A DNA stretch of 64,000 nt from Clostridia bacterium (lineage in GTDB: Bacteria > Bacillota > Clostridia > UMGS1883): positions 93,951 through 157,950 of the forward strand of contig JAZTXM010000002.1 of assembly GCA_045636425.1 (NCBI GenBank), given 5' to 3'. The notes under the pieces are model-generated. The model made no database searches. It worked only from the letters and a program-made list of their open reading frames with translations, and had not been told where the DNA came from. Below are positions 50,133 to 60,460 of this stretch, one piece after another. A program made the translations under genes and the position numbers. Within the stretch, counting starts at the first letter, position 1; each line of letters opens with the position of its first letter.

Positions 50133-52958
50133 TTATGAAAGCATTTTTTTAAGAAACATTCCTGTATAAGATTTCGGGTTTTGGGCGACTTCCTCGGGAG
50201 TTCCCTCTGCTACCACGGTTCCGCCGTTTTCTCCGCCTTCGGGACCAAGGTCGATTATATGGTCGGCTGTTTTAATAACATCAAGGTTATGCTCTATAAC
50301 GAGTACCGTGTTCCCTTCTTCCACGAAACGCAAAAGAACCTCTATAAGCCTGTGCACGTCGGCACTGTGAAGTCCGGTGGTAGGCTCGTCCAGAATGTAA
50401 ATCGTCTTTCCCGTGGAACGCTTGGAAAGCTCCGTGGCAAGCTTTACACGCTGTGCCTCACCGCCCGAAAGAGTGGTGGAGGATTGCCCCAGCTTGATAT
50501 ATCCCAGACCTACATCCTTTATGGTCTGAAGCTTGTTTTTGATTTTGGGAATAGACTCAAAGAACTCGGTTGCTTCGTCGATAGTCATATCCAAAACTTC
50601 AAATATATTCTTACCCTTGTAATGCACATCAAGAGTTTCTCTGTTATATCGTTTTCCTTTACATATTTCGCAGGGTACAAACACATCGGGAAGAAAGTGC
50701 ATCTCAATTTTAATAATACCGTCACCACTGCAAGCTTCACATCTTCCTCCGCGGACGTTAAAGCTGAATCTGCCTGCATTATATCCCCGTGCTTTCGCTT
50801 CGGGAGTCATGGCAAAAAGCTCACGGATGTCATTAAATACACCTGTGTATGTGGCAGGATTGGAACGTGGAGTTCTTCCTATGGGTGACTGGTCGATATC
50901 AATAACCTTATCCAGATTTTCTATTCCGTCAATGGCTTTGTGCTTACCCGGCACTTGCTTTGAACGGTTAAGCTTGTATGCAAGGTGCTTGTAAACAACT
51001 TCATTCACAAGAGAGCTTTTTCCGCTGCCTGAAACGCCTGTTACACAGACAAATTTGCCCAAGGGAATATCCACATTGATATCCTTCAGGTTGTTTTCCG
51101 ATGCCTTTACCACACTAAGCTTATTTCCGTTTCCTTTTCGCCTTTCGGTGGGTACAGGAATTTTCTTTCTGCCGCTTAAGTAGTCCCCTGTCAAAGACCC
51201 TTGTGTATTCATAATATCCTGAACGCTTCCCTGGGCGATTATTTCACCGCCGTGAACACCTGCTCCCGGACCTACATCGACAATATGGTCGGCGGCAAAC
51301 ATTGTGTCCTCATCATGCTCTACAACTATAAGCGTATTTCCCATATCCCTAAGGGATTTAAGTGCGGAAATAAGCTTATTGTTATCACGCTGATGAAGTC
51401 CGATGCTTGGCTCGTCAAGTATATAAAGAACGCCCACAAGTCCCGAGCCTATCTGCGTAGCAAGGCGGATTCTCTGTGCTTCACCGCCTGAAAGAGTACC
51501 TGCACTTCTGGACATGGTAAGATATTCAAGCCCCACGTTATTAAGAAAGCCTATTCGGGCATTAATCTCTTTTAGAATTTCTTCTGCAATCATAGTTTGC
51601 TGATTGTCAAGCTTCAGTCCGTTAAAAAAGTCCTTGGCACGGTTTACGGGGAGGTCGCATACCTCGTCAATATTTTTTCCGCCCACCGTTACGCTGAGGC
51701 TTTCTCTGCGGAGTCTCTTTCCCTTACACTCATTACAGGGAATTTCACGCATAAGCCCCTCTATATCCCACTTTGACCATTCGCTGTCCGTTTCATCATA
51801 ACGGCGTTGAAGATTCGTAACTATCCCCTCAAAGGGCGTCATATACTTAGACAGCCCGCGTTTTCCCATATGCTCAATTTCAATTTCTTCTCCCTTTGTG
51901 CCGTAGAGGATAATATCAATAATTTCTTGCGGCAGGTTCTTTACGGGAACATTAAGGCTGAAATTATACTTTTTGGCAAGTCCCCGGAAAACGGCGTTTG
52001 CCATGCTTCCGTCCTTATCGGGGGCACGCCAACCGCTGACCGAAAATGCTCCCTCCATAACAGAAAGCTCGTCACTGATAAGAACAAGGGACGGGTCCAC
52101 ACGCTTTAAAAGTCCGATACCGCTGCATTTAGGGCAGGCTCCCAAAGGATTATTAAAGGAAAACATTCTGGGAGAAAGCTCCTCCATGCTGATTCCGCAA
52201 TCCTCACAGGCATAGTTTCTGCTAAAGGTCATTTCCTCCTCGCCGTTTAATATCATTACTATTCCCTCTGCCTGGTGCAGAGCTATTTCCACGCTGTCGG
52301 CAAGCCTTGTGCGGATGTCGGAACGGACAACAAGTCGGTCAACCACAATTTCTATATTATGCTTTTTTTGCTTTTCAAGCTCTATTTCTTCGGAAAGGTC
52401 GTAAATAATTCCGTCCACACGCACACGGACATATCCGCTTTTGCGTGCATTTTCAAAAATTTTCTGATGCTCGCCCTTTTTTCTGCGGACTACGGGGGCA
52501 AGAATCTGCACTCTGCTACCCTCAGGAAGAGAAAGCACCTTGTCCACAATCTGGTCAAGGGATTGCTGGGAAATAACCTTGCCGCACTGCGGACAATGGG
52601 GAATTCCCACACGGGCATAGAGAAGCCTTAAATAATCATATATTTCCGTTACCGTTCCGACGGTTGAACGGGGGTTTTTATTGGTAGTTTTCTGGTCTAT
52701 GCTGATTGCAGGGCTAAGTCCCTCTATATAGTCAACCTCAGGCTTTTCCATCTGCCCCAAAAACATTCGTGCATACGAAGAAAGGGACTCCACGTATCTT
52801 CGTTGTCCTTCCGCATAAATGGTATCAAAGGCAAGCGATGTCTTACCGCTTCCCGACACCCCCGTAAATACAATAAGCTTGTCACGGGGAATTGTTAAAT
52901 CTATGTTTTTAAGATTGTTTTCACGGGCGCCTTGTATCACAATTTCTTCTTTTTTCAT
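50133..52958 (-). CDS. uvrA: Excinuclease ABC subunit A
   Basis: 941 aa with two ABC ATPase modules ([34 protein letters not shown]...). Confidence 0.97.
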   Translation of the reverse strand: MKKEEIVIQGARENNLKNIDLTIPRDKLIVFTGVSGSGKTSLAFDTIYAEGQRRYVESLSSYARMFLGQMEKPEVDYIEGLSPAISIDQKTTNKNPRSTVGTVTEIYDYLRLLYARVGIPHCPQCGKVISQQSLDQIVDKVLSLPEGSRVQILAPVVRRKKGEHQKIFENARKSGYVRVRVDGIIYDLSEEIELEKQKKHNIEIVVDRLVVRSDIRTRLADSVEIALHQAEGIVMILNGEEEMTFSRNYACEDCGISMEELSPRMFSFNNPLGACPKCSGIGLLKRVDPSLVLISDELSVMEGAFSVSGWRAPDKDGSMANAVFRGLAKKYNFSLNVPVKNLPQEIIDIILYGTKGEEIEIEHMGKRGLSKYMTPFEGIVTNLQRRYDETDSEWSKWDIEGLMREIPCNECKGKRLRRESLSVTVGGKNIDEVCDLPVNRAKDFFNGLKLDNQQTMIAEEILKEINARIGFLNNVGLEYLTMSRSAGTLSGGEAQRIRLATQIGSGLVGVLYILDEPSIGLHQRDNNKLISALKSLRDMGNTLIVVEHDEDTMFAADHIVDVGPGAGVHGGEIIAQGSVQDIMNTQGSLTGDYLSGRKKIPVPTERRKGNGNKLSVVKASENNLKDINVDIPLGKFVCVTGVSGSGKSSLVNEVVYKHLAYKLNRSKQVPGKHKAIDGIENLDKVIDIDQSPIGRTPRSNPATYTGVFNDIRELFAMTPEAKARGYNAGRFSFNVRGGRCEACSGDGIIKIEMHFLPDVFVPCEICKGKRYNRETLDVHYKGKNIFEVLDMTIDEATEFFESIPKIKNKLQTIKDVGLGYIKLGQSSTTLSGGEAQRVKLATELSKRSTGKTIYILDEPTTGLHSADVHRLIEVLLRFVEEGNTVLVIEHNLDVIKTADHIIDLGPEGGENGGTVVAEGTPEEVAQNPKSYTGMFLKKMLS

Positions 52959-52959
52959 T

Positions 52960-54903
52960 TTAAAGCACCTCTTTCCTCAGTCTCTTTATTCTGTCGCGGA
53001 TTTTTGCCGCATCCTCAAAGCGAAGCTCCTCTGCCGCGATACGCATTTCATTTTCAAGTTTGGAAAGCACCATCGCCACATTATTTTCGGAGGTTTCCTC
53101 CTCCAACGCGGTAGTAGCTGCAATAACACCGCTTACCGCCTTTACAATGGTTTTGGGTACGATGCCGTGTTCTTCATTATACTTTTGCTGAATTTCACGG
53201 CGTCGGTTGGTTTCATCGATGGCACGCTTCATGGAATCGGTTATTCTGTCAGCATACATAATTACCTTTCCCTCGGCATTTCTGGCAGTTCTTCCTATGG
53301 TCTGAATCAGAGAGGTTTCACTTCTTAAAAAGCCTTCCTTATCAGCGTCAAGAATTGCGACCAGGGACACTTCGGGAATATCAAGACCTTCACGCAGAAG
53401 ATTAATTCCCACAAGTACATCAAATACTCCTAATCTCAAGTCACGGACAATTTCAAGACGCTCCAGTGTTTCCACATCCGAGTGCATATATTTAACTTTA
53501 ATTCCCATACTTCTGAGATAGTCGGTCAAATCCTCTGCCATTTTCTTTGTAAGGGTGGTAACAAGCACTCTTTCCTTTTTGTCCGCTCTGGCATAAATCT
53601 CCGTCAGAAGGTCATCAATCTGCCCTTCTATGGGACGGACGAAGATTTCAGGGTCGAGAAGCCCCGTAGGTCTTATAAGCTGCTCGGCAACCGCGCGTGA
53701 ATTTTCATATTCATATTGTGCAGGCGTGGCACTCACATAGATAACCTGATTTACACGCTGCTCAAATTCTTCAAAATTAAGGGGGCGGTTATCAAACGCC
53801 GAGGGCAGACGGAAACCATATTTTACAAGGCTTTCCTTACGGCTCCGGTCTCCTCTGTACATGGCACGCACCTGCGGAACGGTAACGTGGCTCTCATCAA
53901 TAACAAGCAGAAAATCATCGGGAAAGTAATCCATAAGTGTATAGGGAGCACTGCCCGGCTCTCTTCCGCTTATATGACGGGAATAGTTCTCAATTCCGCT
54001 GCAAAAGCCAATCTCACGCATCATTTCAATATCGTAGTTGGTCCGTTCCTCAAGCCTCTGTGCTTCCAAAAGGCGGTCATTATCTCTCAGTTCCTTAAGC
54101 CTCTCCTCAAGCTCTTTTCTGATTGAGGCTATGGCAATTTCACGCTTTTCAGGGGTGGTTACGTAGTGAGAGGCAGGATATATTCCCACATGCTGTCTTG
54201 CTCCCAAAACCTCGCCCGTCAAAACGTCAATTTCCGTTATGCGGTCTATTTCATCACCGAAAAATTCCACCCTTACTGCATTTTCATTACTGCTTATGGG
54301 GAATATTTCAAGAACATCTCCGCGGACACGGAATTTACCGCGGATAAAATTAATATCGTTACGCTCGTACTGCATTTCAATGAGCTTTCTGATAACTTCG
54401 TCGCGGTCCTTACGCATACCGGGGCGAAGTGAAATAACCATAGTGCTGTAATCCTCCGGGTCACCAAGTCCGTAAATACAGCTAACCGAGGCAACCACAA
54501 TTACGTCACGCCGCTCAAAAAGTGCCATGGTAGCACTGTGACGAAGCTTGTCTATTTCATCGTTTACCTGAGCGTCCTTTTCTATATAGGTATCACTGTG
54601 GGCAATGTATGCCTCAGGCTGATAATAATCATAGTAGGACACAAAGTATTCAACTGCGTTTTCGGGGAAAAATTCCTTAAATTCACTGCAAAGCTGTGCC
54701 GCAAGTGTTTTATTGTGAGCAAGCACCAAGGTGGGCTTATTAATGCGTGCAATGGCGTTTGCTACGGTAAAGGTTTTACCGCTTCCCGTAACGCCTAAAA
54801 GCACCTGTCCGCGGTTTCCGCTTTGTATGCTTTCCACGAGTCTTTCTATTGCCTGAGGTTGGTCGCCCGTAGGCTTGAAATCCGATACAAGCTTAAAATT
54901 CAT
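52960..54903 (-). CDS. uvrB: Excinuclease ABC subunit B
   Basis: 647 aa with [17 protein letters not shown] helicase motifs. Confidence 0.97.
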   Translation of the reverse strand: MNFKLVSDFKPTGDQPQAIERLVESIQSGNRGQVLLGVTGSGKTFTVANAIARINKPTLVLAHNKTLAAQLCSEFKEFFPENAVEYFVSYYDYYQPEAYIAHSDTYIEKDAQVNDEIDKLRHSATMALFERRDVIVVASVSCIYGLGDPEDYSTMVISLRPGMRKDRDEVIRKLIEMQYERNDINFIRGKFRVRGDVLEIFPISSNENAVRVEFFGDEIDRITEIDVLTGEVLGARQHVGIYPASHYVTTPEKREIAIASIRKELEERLKELRDNDRLLEAQRLEERTNYDIEMMREIGFCSGIENYSRHISGREPGSAPYTLMDYFPDDFLLVIDESHVTVPQVRAMYRGDRSRKESLVKYGFRLPSAFDNRPLNFEEFEQRVNQVIYVSATPAQYEYENSRAVAEQLIRPTGLLDPEIFVRPIEGQIDDLLTEIYARADKKERVLVTTLTKKMAEDLTDYLRSMGIKVKYMHSDVETLERLEIVRDLRLGVFDVLVGINLLREGLDIPEVSLVAILDADKEGFLRSETSLIQTIGRTARNAEGKVIMYADRITDSMKRAIDETNRRREIQQKYNEEHGIVPKTIVKAVSGVIAATTALEEETSENNVAMVLSKLENEMRIAAEELRFEDAAKIRDRIKRLRKEVL

Positions 54904-55000
54904 AAATATTTCCCCTCCTTTGATTTGTAATTTAAAACTAGCTATTATATTATTTTACACCATATAGAAAAATATTTCAACCGGTAAAAGAAGGTTTTTT

Positions 55001-55039
55001 AATAAACAAAGGATGCAAAAAATGCATCCTTTGTTTATT
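55001..55039. terminator. Perfect 17-bp palindrome terminator (AATAAACAAAGGATGCA-AAAAA-TGCATCCTTTGTTTATT)
   Basis: Palindrome overlapping the EamA stop codon. Confidence 0.6.
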
Positions 55040-55910
55040 ATTCACTTTGTCGGCTCAATATAAATACCGCACTCAAAATTAGTGTTATGCCCACGGCAGG
55101 AAGCTTCAATAGTTTCTCTCCGAGAAATGCCACGCTTAATAAAGTAGCCGACATAGGCTCTAAAATCGCAAGCGAGGATGCTGTTCCCGCAGGAATTGTC
55201 TTAAGTGCGGAAGAATAGCACAAATAGGGCATCACGCTTGTACACAGCCCCAAAAGCAGTGTAAGAGGTATTGTATAGCCCATATTTTTGGCTATGTATA
55301 GAGGAATCTGTCCTATATCTGCTGTCAATGCCCCTACGGCTACAGCAAATAAAAATCCATATAAATTTGCCGTTACGGGGTTAATTCCCTTTTTCATCTG
55401 TATTTTTGTAAGAATGTTATATGCACTGTAGCAAAGTCCTGACAATAGCCCGAAGACGATTCCCACAACATCGAATCTGAAGCCGCCTATTATACCCGAA
55501 ACCAGAGAGCATCCTAAAAGCATAAATCCCACACAGAAAGCTTTCACCTTTGTAAGCTTTTCTCCCAAGAACAAAACCGAGTACATCATAACAAAAATCG
55601 GTGCCGTGTACATAAGCACAACGGCTGTGGATACAGAGCTTTTTACCATTGAATAAAAATAGCAGCTTGCCGTACCGAAAAATGCAAGACCGCTTCCCAT
55701 TGTTAAAAGCAAATGGAAAAATGAAATTTTAAAAAGTCTTCTATCGCAGAGCAGAACATATAAAAGCATGGAAGCAAGCATTGCCAGCGAGCGGATAAAT
55801 GTCAGATGCAGGGAGGTAAATCCCAAAGGGGTCAGACAATCCACAAAAATGCCCGAGGTTCCCCAACCTATACTTGCGGCAACAATACATGTAAGTGCCG
55901 TTTTTTTCAT
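55038..55910 (-). CDS. EamA/DMT-family transporter
   Basis: 290 aa with about ten hydrophobic helices in two repeated halves. Confidence 0.7.
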   Translation of the reverse strand: MKKTALTCIVAASIGWGTSGIFVDCLTPLGFTSLHLTFIRSLAMLASMLLYVLLCDRRLFKISFFHLLLTMGSGLAFFGTASCYFYSMVKSSVSTAVVLMYTAPIFVMMYSVLFLGEKLTKVKAFCVGFMLLGCSLVSGIIGGFRFDVVGIVFGLLSGLCYSAYNILTKIQMKKGINPVTANLYGFLFAVAVGALTADIGQIPLYIAKNMGYTIPLTLLLGLCTSVMPYLCYSSALKTIPAGTASSLAILEPMSATLLSVAFLGEKLLKLPAVGITLILSAVFILSRQSE

Positions 55911-55926
55911 ATGTAATCACTTCCGA

Positions 55927-56850
55927 CTATATAAAATAAAGCCATACCAAAGCAGGCATTGCCAAAATGCATACAATCGTTGTCAGAATATTGATTGCTA
56001 CCGAATACTCAACCTCCGTATCGTGCACCTGTGCAAGCTGCATTATCATAGCCGCAGAAGGCGTCATTGTGGCAAGAGAAACTATCAGCAGTATGTTTTC
56101 GGCATTTGTCATATGTATATATGGCAGTATGATTTTAAAAACAATCACTATGATAATCGGACAAATTATATTTCGCATCAGTATCACAAAGTACAGCCTT
56201 TTTCTTACAAGCATTTCCCTGAAATTAATTCTCGCCGCTGTCATTCCTGCAATAATCATTCCGATATTTCCTATCATAGAACCTAAGGTGGAGGATAAAT
56301 CACTTGCAAAACCGGGTAGTCTTACACCCGAAATCATAAATATTGCTCCGACTGCAATAGCAACTATATTTACGTTGAAAATTATTTTCTTTATATTGAA
56401 TTTTTCCTGTTTTGAAAAAAGCTGTGTTCCGTGAGTGAAAATCAGCACAAGCTGTACGGATAAATAAGCACAGGTATATATTATCCACTCATCACCTAAA
56501 ATAAACGAAACGATAGGTATAATAAGGTTTGCTGCATTGGAATACATAATGGAGGCACGTTCAACTCCTGTGCAACAAAATGCTTTCTTACAGATAAAAT
56601 CGACTATTAAAAGCAGTGTATGTACTCCCACTGCCGCACCAAAGGAAAGTAATATCCCCTTTAGAATATCAGGGGTAATTTCCACATTAAATGCCGCAAT
56701 AATATTTGCAGGCATCAGAAGATACAGCGATATTTTTGAAAGCACTAATGAATCCGTGCTCTTTACAACCTTCGCTTTAACGATAATAAAGCCTAAAAGC
56801 ATGACAGCAAAAAGCTGCATAATTTTATAAAGTAACAACTGGGGTATCAT
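55927..56850 (-). CDS. Auxin efflux carrier (AEC) family permease
   Basis: 307 aa, polytopic. N-terminus MIPQLLLYKIMQLFAVMLLGFIIVKAKVV is typical of AEC/malate-permease-like proteins. Confidence 0.65.
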   Translation of the reverse strand: MIPQLLLYKIMQLFAVMLLGFIIVKAKVVKSTDSLVLSKISLYLLMPANIIAAFNVEITPDILKGILLSFGAAVGVHTLLLIVDFICKKAFCCTGVERASIMYSNAANLIIPIVSFILGDEWIIYTCAYLSVQLVLIFTHGTQLFSKQEKFNIKKIIFNVNIVAIAVGAIFMISGVRLPGFASDLSSTLGSMIGNIGMIIAGMTAARINFREMLVRKRLYFVILMRNIICPIIIVIVFKIILPYIHMTNAENILLIVSLATMTPSAAMIMQLAQVHDTEVEYSVAINILTTIVCILAMPALVWLYFI

Positions 56851-56865
56851 CGTTTTGCTCCTTTT

Positions 56866-57153
56866 TTACCTAAGTTCAAATTCACCAAGCGTGGTAGAAA
56901 GCACATAATCGGGTTTAAGTTCGCGCAAGCGCGCCATATGAGGCTGCTCAATATGAATTTCCTGATGCTTTTTGCTCTCCCATGCTTCTATAAGAAGAAT
57001 TTCATCAGAGTCTTTTTCCGAGAAATAGTAATCATAACGGATACATCCGTCCTCTTTTCTTACGGCATCAACAATGCCCTCTTTTTTCAAGGTTTCAATA
57101 TATTCCTCTCTTTTTCCGGGAACACATTTAAAAACAACATAGATTGTATACAT
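56866..57153 (-). CDS. Antibiotic-biosynthesis-monooxygenase (ABM) domain protein
   Basis: About 95 aa from MYTIYVVFKCVPGKREEYIE..., matching a ferredoxin-like ABM fold pattern. The track ORF extends to 57186, overlapping the upstream gene. Confidence 0.5.
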   Translation of the reverse strand: MYTIYVVFKCVPGKREEYIETLKKEGIVDAVRKEDGCIRYDYYFSEKDSDEILLIEAWESKKHQEIHIEQPHMARLRELKPDYVLSTTLGEFELR

Positions 57154-57172
57154 ATTTATCTTCTCCCTTTCT

Positions 57173-57814
57173 TTATACATTTTCACCTAAAGCCGTCCGA
57201 AGCTCTTTCAAATGGCTATCCTCGCTGTAAAGTGCCACATTCCACTTTTTGTTCTCATATTCAAGCACGGTTACCGAGGCATTTGTTGCCCAAGGAAGGT
57301 CTCTCATTTTCGCAAGCGAGCCGTGAAGAATAAGGCTCACCGCCACACTTATGGGGGTGGCATGGGTTGTGATTGCAACGGTTTTACCGTCGTTTCCCTC
57401 AGCAATTTCAGTAAGAATCCCCATAATTCTTTCCCCAACTTCCTTCATTGACTCCCCCTCAACTCCGGGAAATTCGCCAATATTCTTAACCCATATATCA
57501 TATTCTTTGGGATTAGCACTCTGTAAGCTGTCGAATTTTATGCCCTCCCATTTTCCTCCGTCAATTTCACGAAGCCTTTTTTCGGGAATGATTTCCATAT
57601 CAAGAAGCTTTGCAAGGCTTTCCCCTGTTCTGTACGCTCTTTTAAGATCACTGGAATAAATTTTATCCACGCTGTAGTTTTCAGAAACATATTTGGCAGT
57701 AAGCTCTGCCTGCATTACGCCTCTTTCCTCCAAATCCGGGTTAATTTGCCCTGCAAACACATTCATTCTGTTTGCCTCGCTTTCCCCGTGCCTTATTAAA
57801 ATTAATGTAGTCAT
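57173..57814 (-). CDS. Histidine phosphatase family protein (phosphoglycerate mutase-like)
   Basis: LILIRHGESEANRMNVFAGQ has the RHG catalytic motif. Confidence 0.85.
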   Translation of the reverse strand: MTTLILIRHGESEANRMNVFAGQINPDLEERGVMQAELTAKYVSENYSVDKIYSSDLKRAYRTGESLAKLLDMEIIPEKRLREIDGGKWEGIKFDSLQSANPKEYDIWVKNIGEFPGVEGESMKEVGERIMGILTEIAEGNDGKTVAITTHATPISVAVSLILHGSLAKMRDLPWATNASVTVLEYENKKWNVALYSEDSHLKELRTALGENV

Positions 57815-57864
57815 ATCAGTTCACCTCGTTAATTCGATATTAATTATACATCTTATTCAAAAAA

Positions 57865-57902
57865 ATGACAACCTCTGCAACGCAGAAATTGTCATTTTTT
57901 TA
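57865..57902. terminator. Bidirectional terminator (ATGACAA-CCTCTGCAACGCAGAAA-TTGTCAT + T7)
   Basis: Palindrome flanked by an A-tract and a T-tract. Confidence 0.7.
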
Positions 57903-58031
57903 TTATTTGGAATTTTCTCCGCCGGGTCCGTCTCTGCGGTCCTTTTCATCAGTGGGTCTTGCTATGCCCGTTGAAACCCAACGATTATCGGTTGCTGTTT
58001 TATCTTTTTCCTTTTTTTCATTATCAGTCAT
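57903..58031 (-). CDS. Unannotated small ORF (42 aa, hydrophilic: MTDNEKKEKDKTATDNRWVSTGIARPTDEKDRRDGPGGENSK)
   Basis: AGAGGTGA RBS 6 nt upstream of the ATG, and the terminator abuts the stop. Below the 60-aa track cutoff. Confidence 0.45.
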   Translation of the reverse strand: MTDNEKKEKDKTATDNRWVSTGIARPTDEKDRRDGPGGENSK

Positions 58032-58087
58032 ATCGTTCACCTCTGTGATAGTATGACACATTCAGGAAAAATTATTATCCCTTTATA

Positions 58088-58969
58088 TTAAATATCCACG
58101 CCAAGGAATTTTTTTGCAAGGATTCCCACAAAGAATGAAAGTACGGCAACGCCTATGCTGATAAGTGCCATTTCAAGAAACCCTCTGCGGAATTTTTCGT
58201 CCTTTGCCACGCTTATGTAATAGGTGAATCCCGCTATAATCAGAATCACCACTGCAAGCATACAAATGAGTGCAGGTAAAAATTGATTTGTGGGGAAAAG
58301 CAAATAGGGAAGCACCAAAAAGGCAACCGTAAGCAGGTATGCTATACCCGTATATGTACAGGATTTAAAAGCATCTGTTCTGCCCTCACTTCGTGCCGAC
58401 AAAAATTCACTTGCAGCCATGGAAAACGTGGCAGATATACCAACTATAAGCCCCGAAAGTGCAATGAGGCTTGTATTCTGCATGGCAAACGTAAATCCTG
58501 CAAGAGAGCCTGTAAGCTCAACCAAGGCGTCATTCATACCCAGCACCATGCTTCCCACATACTGTAGCCTTTCCTCGTCAAGCATGGAAAGAAGTGCTTT
58601 TTCGTGCTCCTCCTCCTGGCTTTTTATTCTTACGCTTTCCTCAACCTCGTCCCGGAGAACTTCATACTCCGCCTGAGCGTTTTCCTCTCCACGCTCCATA
58701 AGCTTCACCGCAAAGGTGAAACCTAAAAGCCGTGCTATGAGGCTGTATTTAAATACTTTGAATTTTTGAGGCTTCATTTCGATCCCCGTATAGCTTTTCC
58801 ATATTTCGTAATGTGCTTTTTCCTCTGCTGCCAGTCGGTTAAGAGTTTTCTTATTTTCTTCACCCTTGGCAAAGCGTGCAATTTTTGCATAAATCACGCT
58901 TTCGGTAAGCTCGCTTTGCTGCATTTTTTTAATAATTTCAATAGCCTTTTTAGAAATCTGTTTTATCAT
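58088..58969 (-). CDS. Ferritin-like (rubrerythrin/erythrin-like) domain fused to VIT1/CCC1-family iron transporter
   Basis: 293 aa. N-terminal four-helix-bundle-like region with paired E...EXXH (AAEEKAHYEIW; EENAQAEYEV). C-terminal VIT membrane domain (GMNDALVELTGSLAGF). Confidence 0.7.
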   Translation of the reverse strand: MIKQISKKAIEIIKKMQQSELTESVIYAKIARFAKGEENKKTLNRLAAEEKAHYEIWKSYTGIEMKPQKFKVFKYSLIARLLGFTFAVKLMERGEENAQAEYEVLRDEVEESVRIKSQEEEHEKALLSMLDEERLQYVGSMVLGMNDALVELTGSLAGFTFAMQNTSLIALSGLIVGISATFSMAASEFLSARSEGRTDAFKSCTYTGIAYLLTVAFLVLPYLLFPTNQFLPALICMLAVVILIIAGFTYYISVAKDEKFRRGFLEMALISIGVAVLSFFVGILAKKFLGVDI

Positions 58970-59010
58970 TTGTATTTCACATCCTTTGGTTTTATTATAA
59001 CCATAAAAAG

Positions 59011-59056
59011 GAAAAAAGACAATACAGTTTTTACAAAAACTGTATTGTCTTTTTTA
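59011..59056. terminator. Bidirectional terminator (AAGACAATACAGTTTTT-ACAA-AAACTGTATTGTCTT + T6)
   Basis: 17-bp perfect stem. Confidence 0.8.
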
Positions 59057-59065
59057 TATTCTCTG

Positions 59066-60196
59066 TTACATGTCATATGAGCTTTGACGAAGGGTCAGCT
59101 TTTCTGCTTCCTCGCCAAGATACTCTTTAACATCCATATTAAGATAATTACACAAATCAACCATTTCGGCAACGGTATTAATATTGACATCTATGCCGTT
59201 TTCAAGTCTGTCCTCATATGCAATAACTTCTTTTTCTCCATGGGTGTAGATTCTTTCCGCCCCCTCTGCCTTAGGAGCCTCACGAAGCTCACGAAGAAGG
59301 GTTGAAAGATGCTCACGAATTGCATCTGCATCACCGAACACCGCAGGGTTAATTGCAATAAAGCCGTGACAGGTGCCGCCTTTACCTCCGATATGGGTGT
59401 GGTTTGAGGTAAGTCCCATTGATAAAATGGAGGTGAAAATCTCACAAAACATTCCGTAGCCATAACCCTTATGACCGCCACTCTGCTCGATTTCGCCGCC
59501 AAGGGGCATAATTCCGCCGCCTGCTTTTGCAACGATGTTTTTAAGAACATCGCTTGCATCGGAGGAACCCTTACCGTTTTTATCAAGTGCCCAGCCCTCA
59601 GGGAGTGGCTTTTGAAGCTTGTTATATATTTCAAGCTTTCCGCGTGTAACAACCGTTGTTGACGCATCAAAGAAGAAATCATACGGCTCTGCCGGCATTG
59701 CAATGGCAATGGGGTTACTTCCCAGCATTGCTTTTCTGCTGAATGTAGGAACCATAATAGCTTCGGAATTTGTCATAGACATACCGATAAGCCCTTCCTT
59801 GCACGCCATTTTTGCATAGTAGCCCGCAATTCCGTAATGATTTGAATTACGCACGGTAACTACCGCCATACCTGTTGTCTTTGCTTTTTCGATAGCAATT
59901 TCCATCGCCTTATGTCCCAAAAGCTGTCCCATGCCGTCGTTACCTTCAATAACTGCCGATACAGGGGTTTCAAAAACGATTTCAGGCTTTGCATCCACCT
60001 TGATAAGTCCTTTTTCAATGCCTTTGTGGTAACGGACAAGCCTCTGCATACCATGCGACTCTATTCCGTAAAGATCGCTTGTCAAAAGCACATCAACGAT
60101 GATTTCGCTCTCCTTTTCATTAAATCCGAACTTTAAAAACGCATCCGTACAGAATTTTTTGAGTTGCTGATAAGAATAATTAATACTGTTTCCCAT
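59066..60196 (-). CDS. Ldh_2 family (malate/L-lactate/sulfolactate dehydrogenase-like) oxidoreductase
   Basis: 376 aa. ...LTSDLYGIESHGMQRLVRY...MAVVTVRNSNHYGIAGYYA. Confidence 0.75.
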   Translation of the reverse strand: MGNSINYSYQQLKKFCTDAFLKFGFNEKESEIIVDVLLTSDLYGIESHGMQRLVRYHKGIEKGLIKVDAKPEIVFETPVSAVIEGNDGMGQLLGHKAMEIAIEKAKTTGMAVVTVRNSNHYGIAGYYAKMACKEGLIGMSMTNSEAIMVPTFSRKAMLGSNPIAIAMPAEPYDFFFDASTTVVTRGKLEIYNKLQKPLPEGWALDKNGKGSSDASDVLKNIVAKAGGGIMPLGGEIEQSGGHKGYGYGMFCEIFTSILSMGLTSNHTHIGGKGGTCHGFIAINPAVFGDADAIREHLSTLLRELREAPKAEGAERIYTHGEKEVIAYEDRLENGIDVNINTVAEMVDLCNYLNMDVKEYLGEEAEKLTLRQSSYDM

Positions 60197-60353
60197 TTCT
60201 TTTTCCTCCGATTGCTATGTTATATTGAGTTTCCTGTTAATTCCATTATAACATTATCAGCAAAAAAAGCAATCCTTTCAAAAAAAAAGAATTGCCCGAT
60301 TTATTAAAAAAGTTTATTTTTTACAAAATGTGCGTTTTCACCAACTGAATATG

Positions 60354-60382
60354 TTGACTTTTCCCTGAAATTAGAGTATAGT
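60354..60382 (+). promoter_or_regulatory. Sigma-A-type promoter (TTGACT-17-TATAGT) upstream of the uracil permease gene
   Basis: Near-consensus hexamers with 17-nt spacing, about 80 nt upstream of the ATG. Confidence 0.5.
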
Positions 60383-60460
60383 TAAATTTGGGTGGAAATG
60401 TCGCTTTTTGCAATTTTTCCATTACGAAAAAATATAATAACTTAAGGGGGAAATTCACAA

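Noticed and set aside
50181-50888. 235-aa plus-strand ORF, and other ORFs on the opposite strand inside uvrA/uvrB
   Set aside because: They are antisense to uvrA/uvrB, which have unmistakable motifs. These are shadow ORFs.
60200-60460. PyrR-binding attenuator upstream of pyrP
   Set aside because: No UCCAGAGAGG-type PyrR binding loop was found in the leader. Only a promoter was called.
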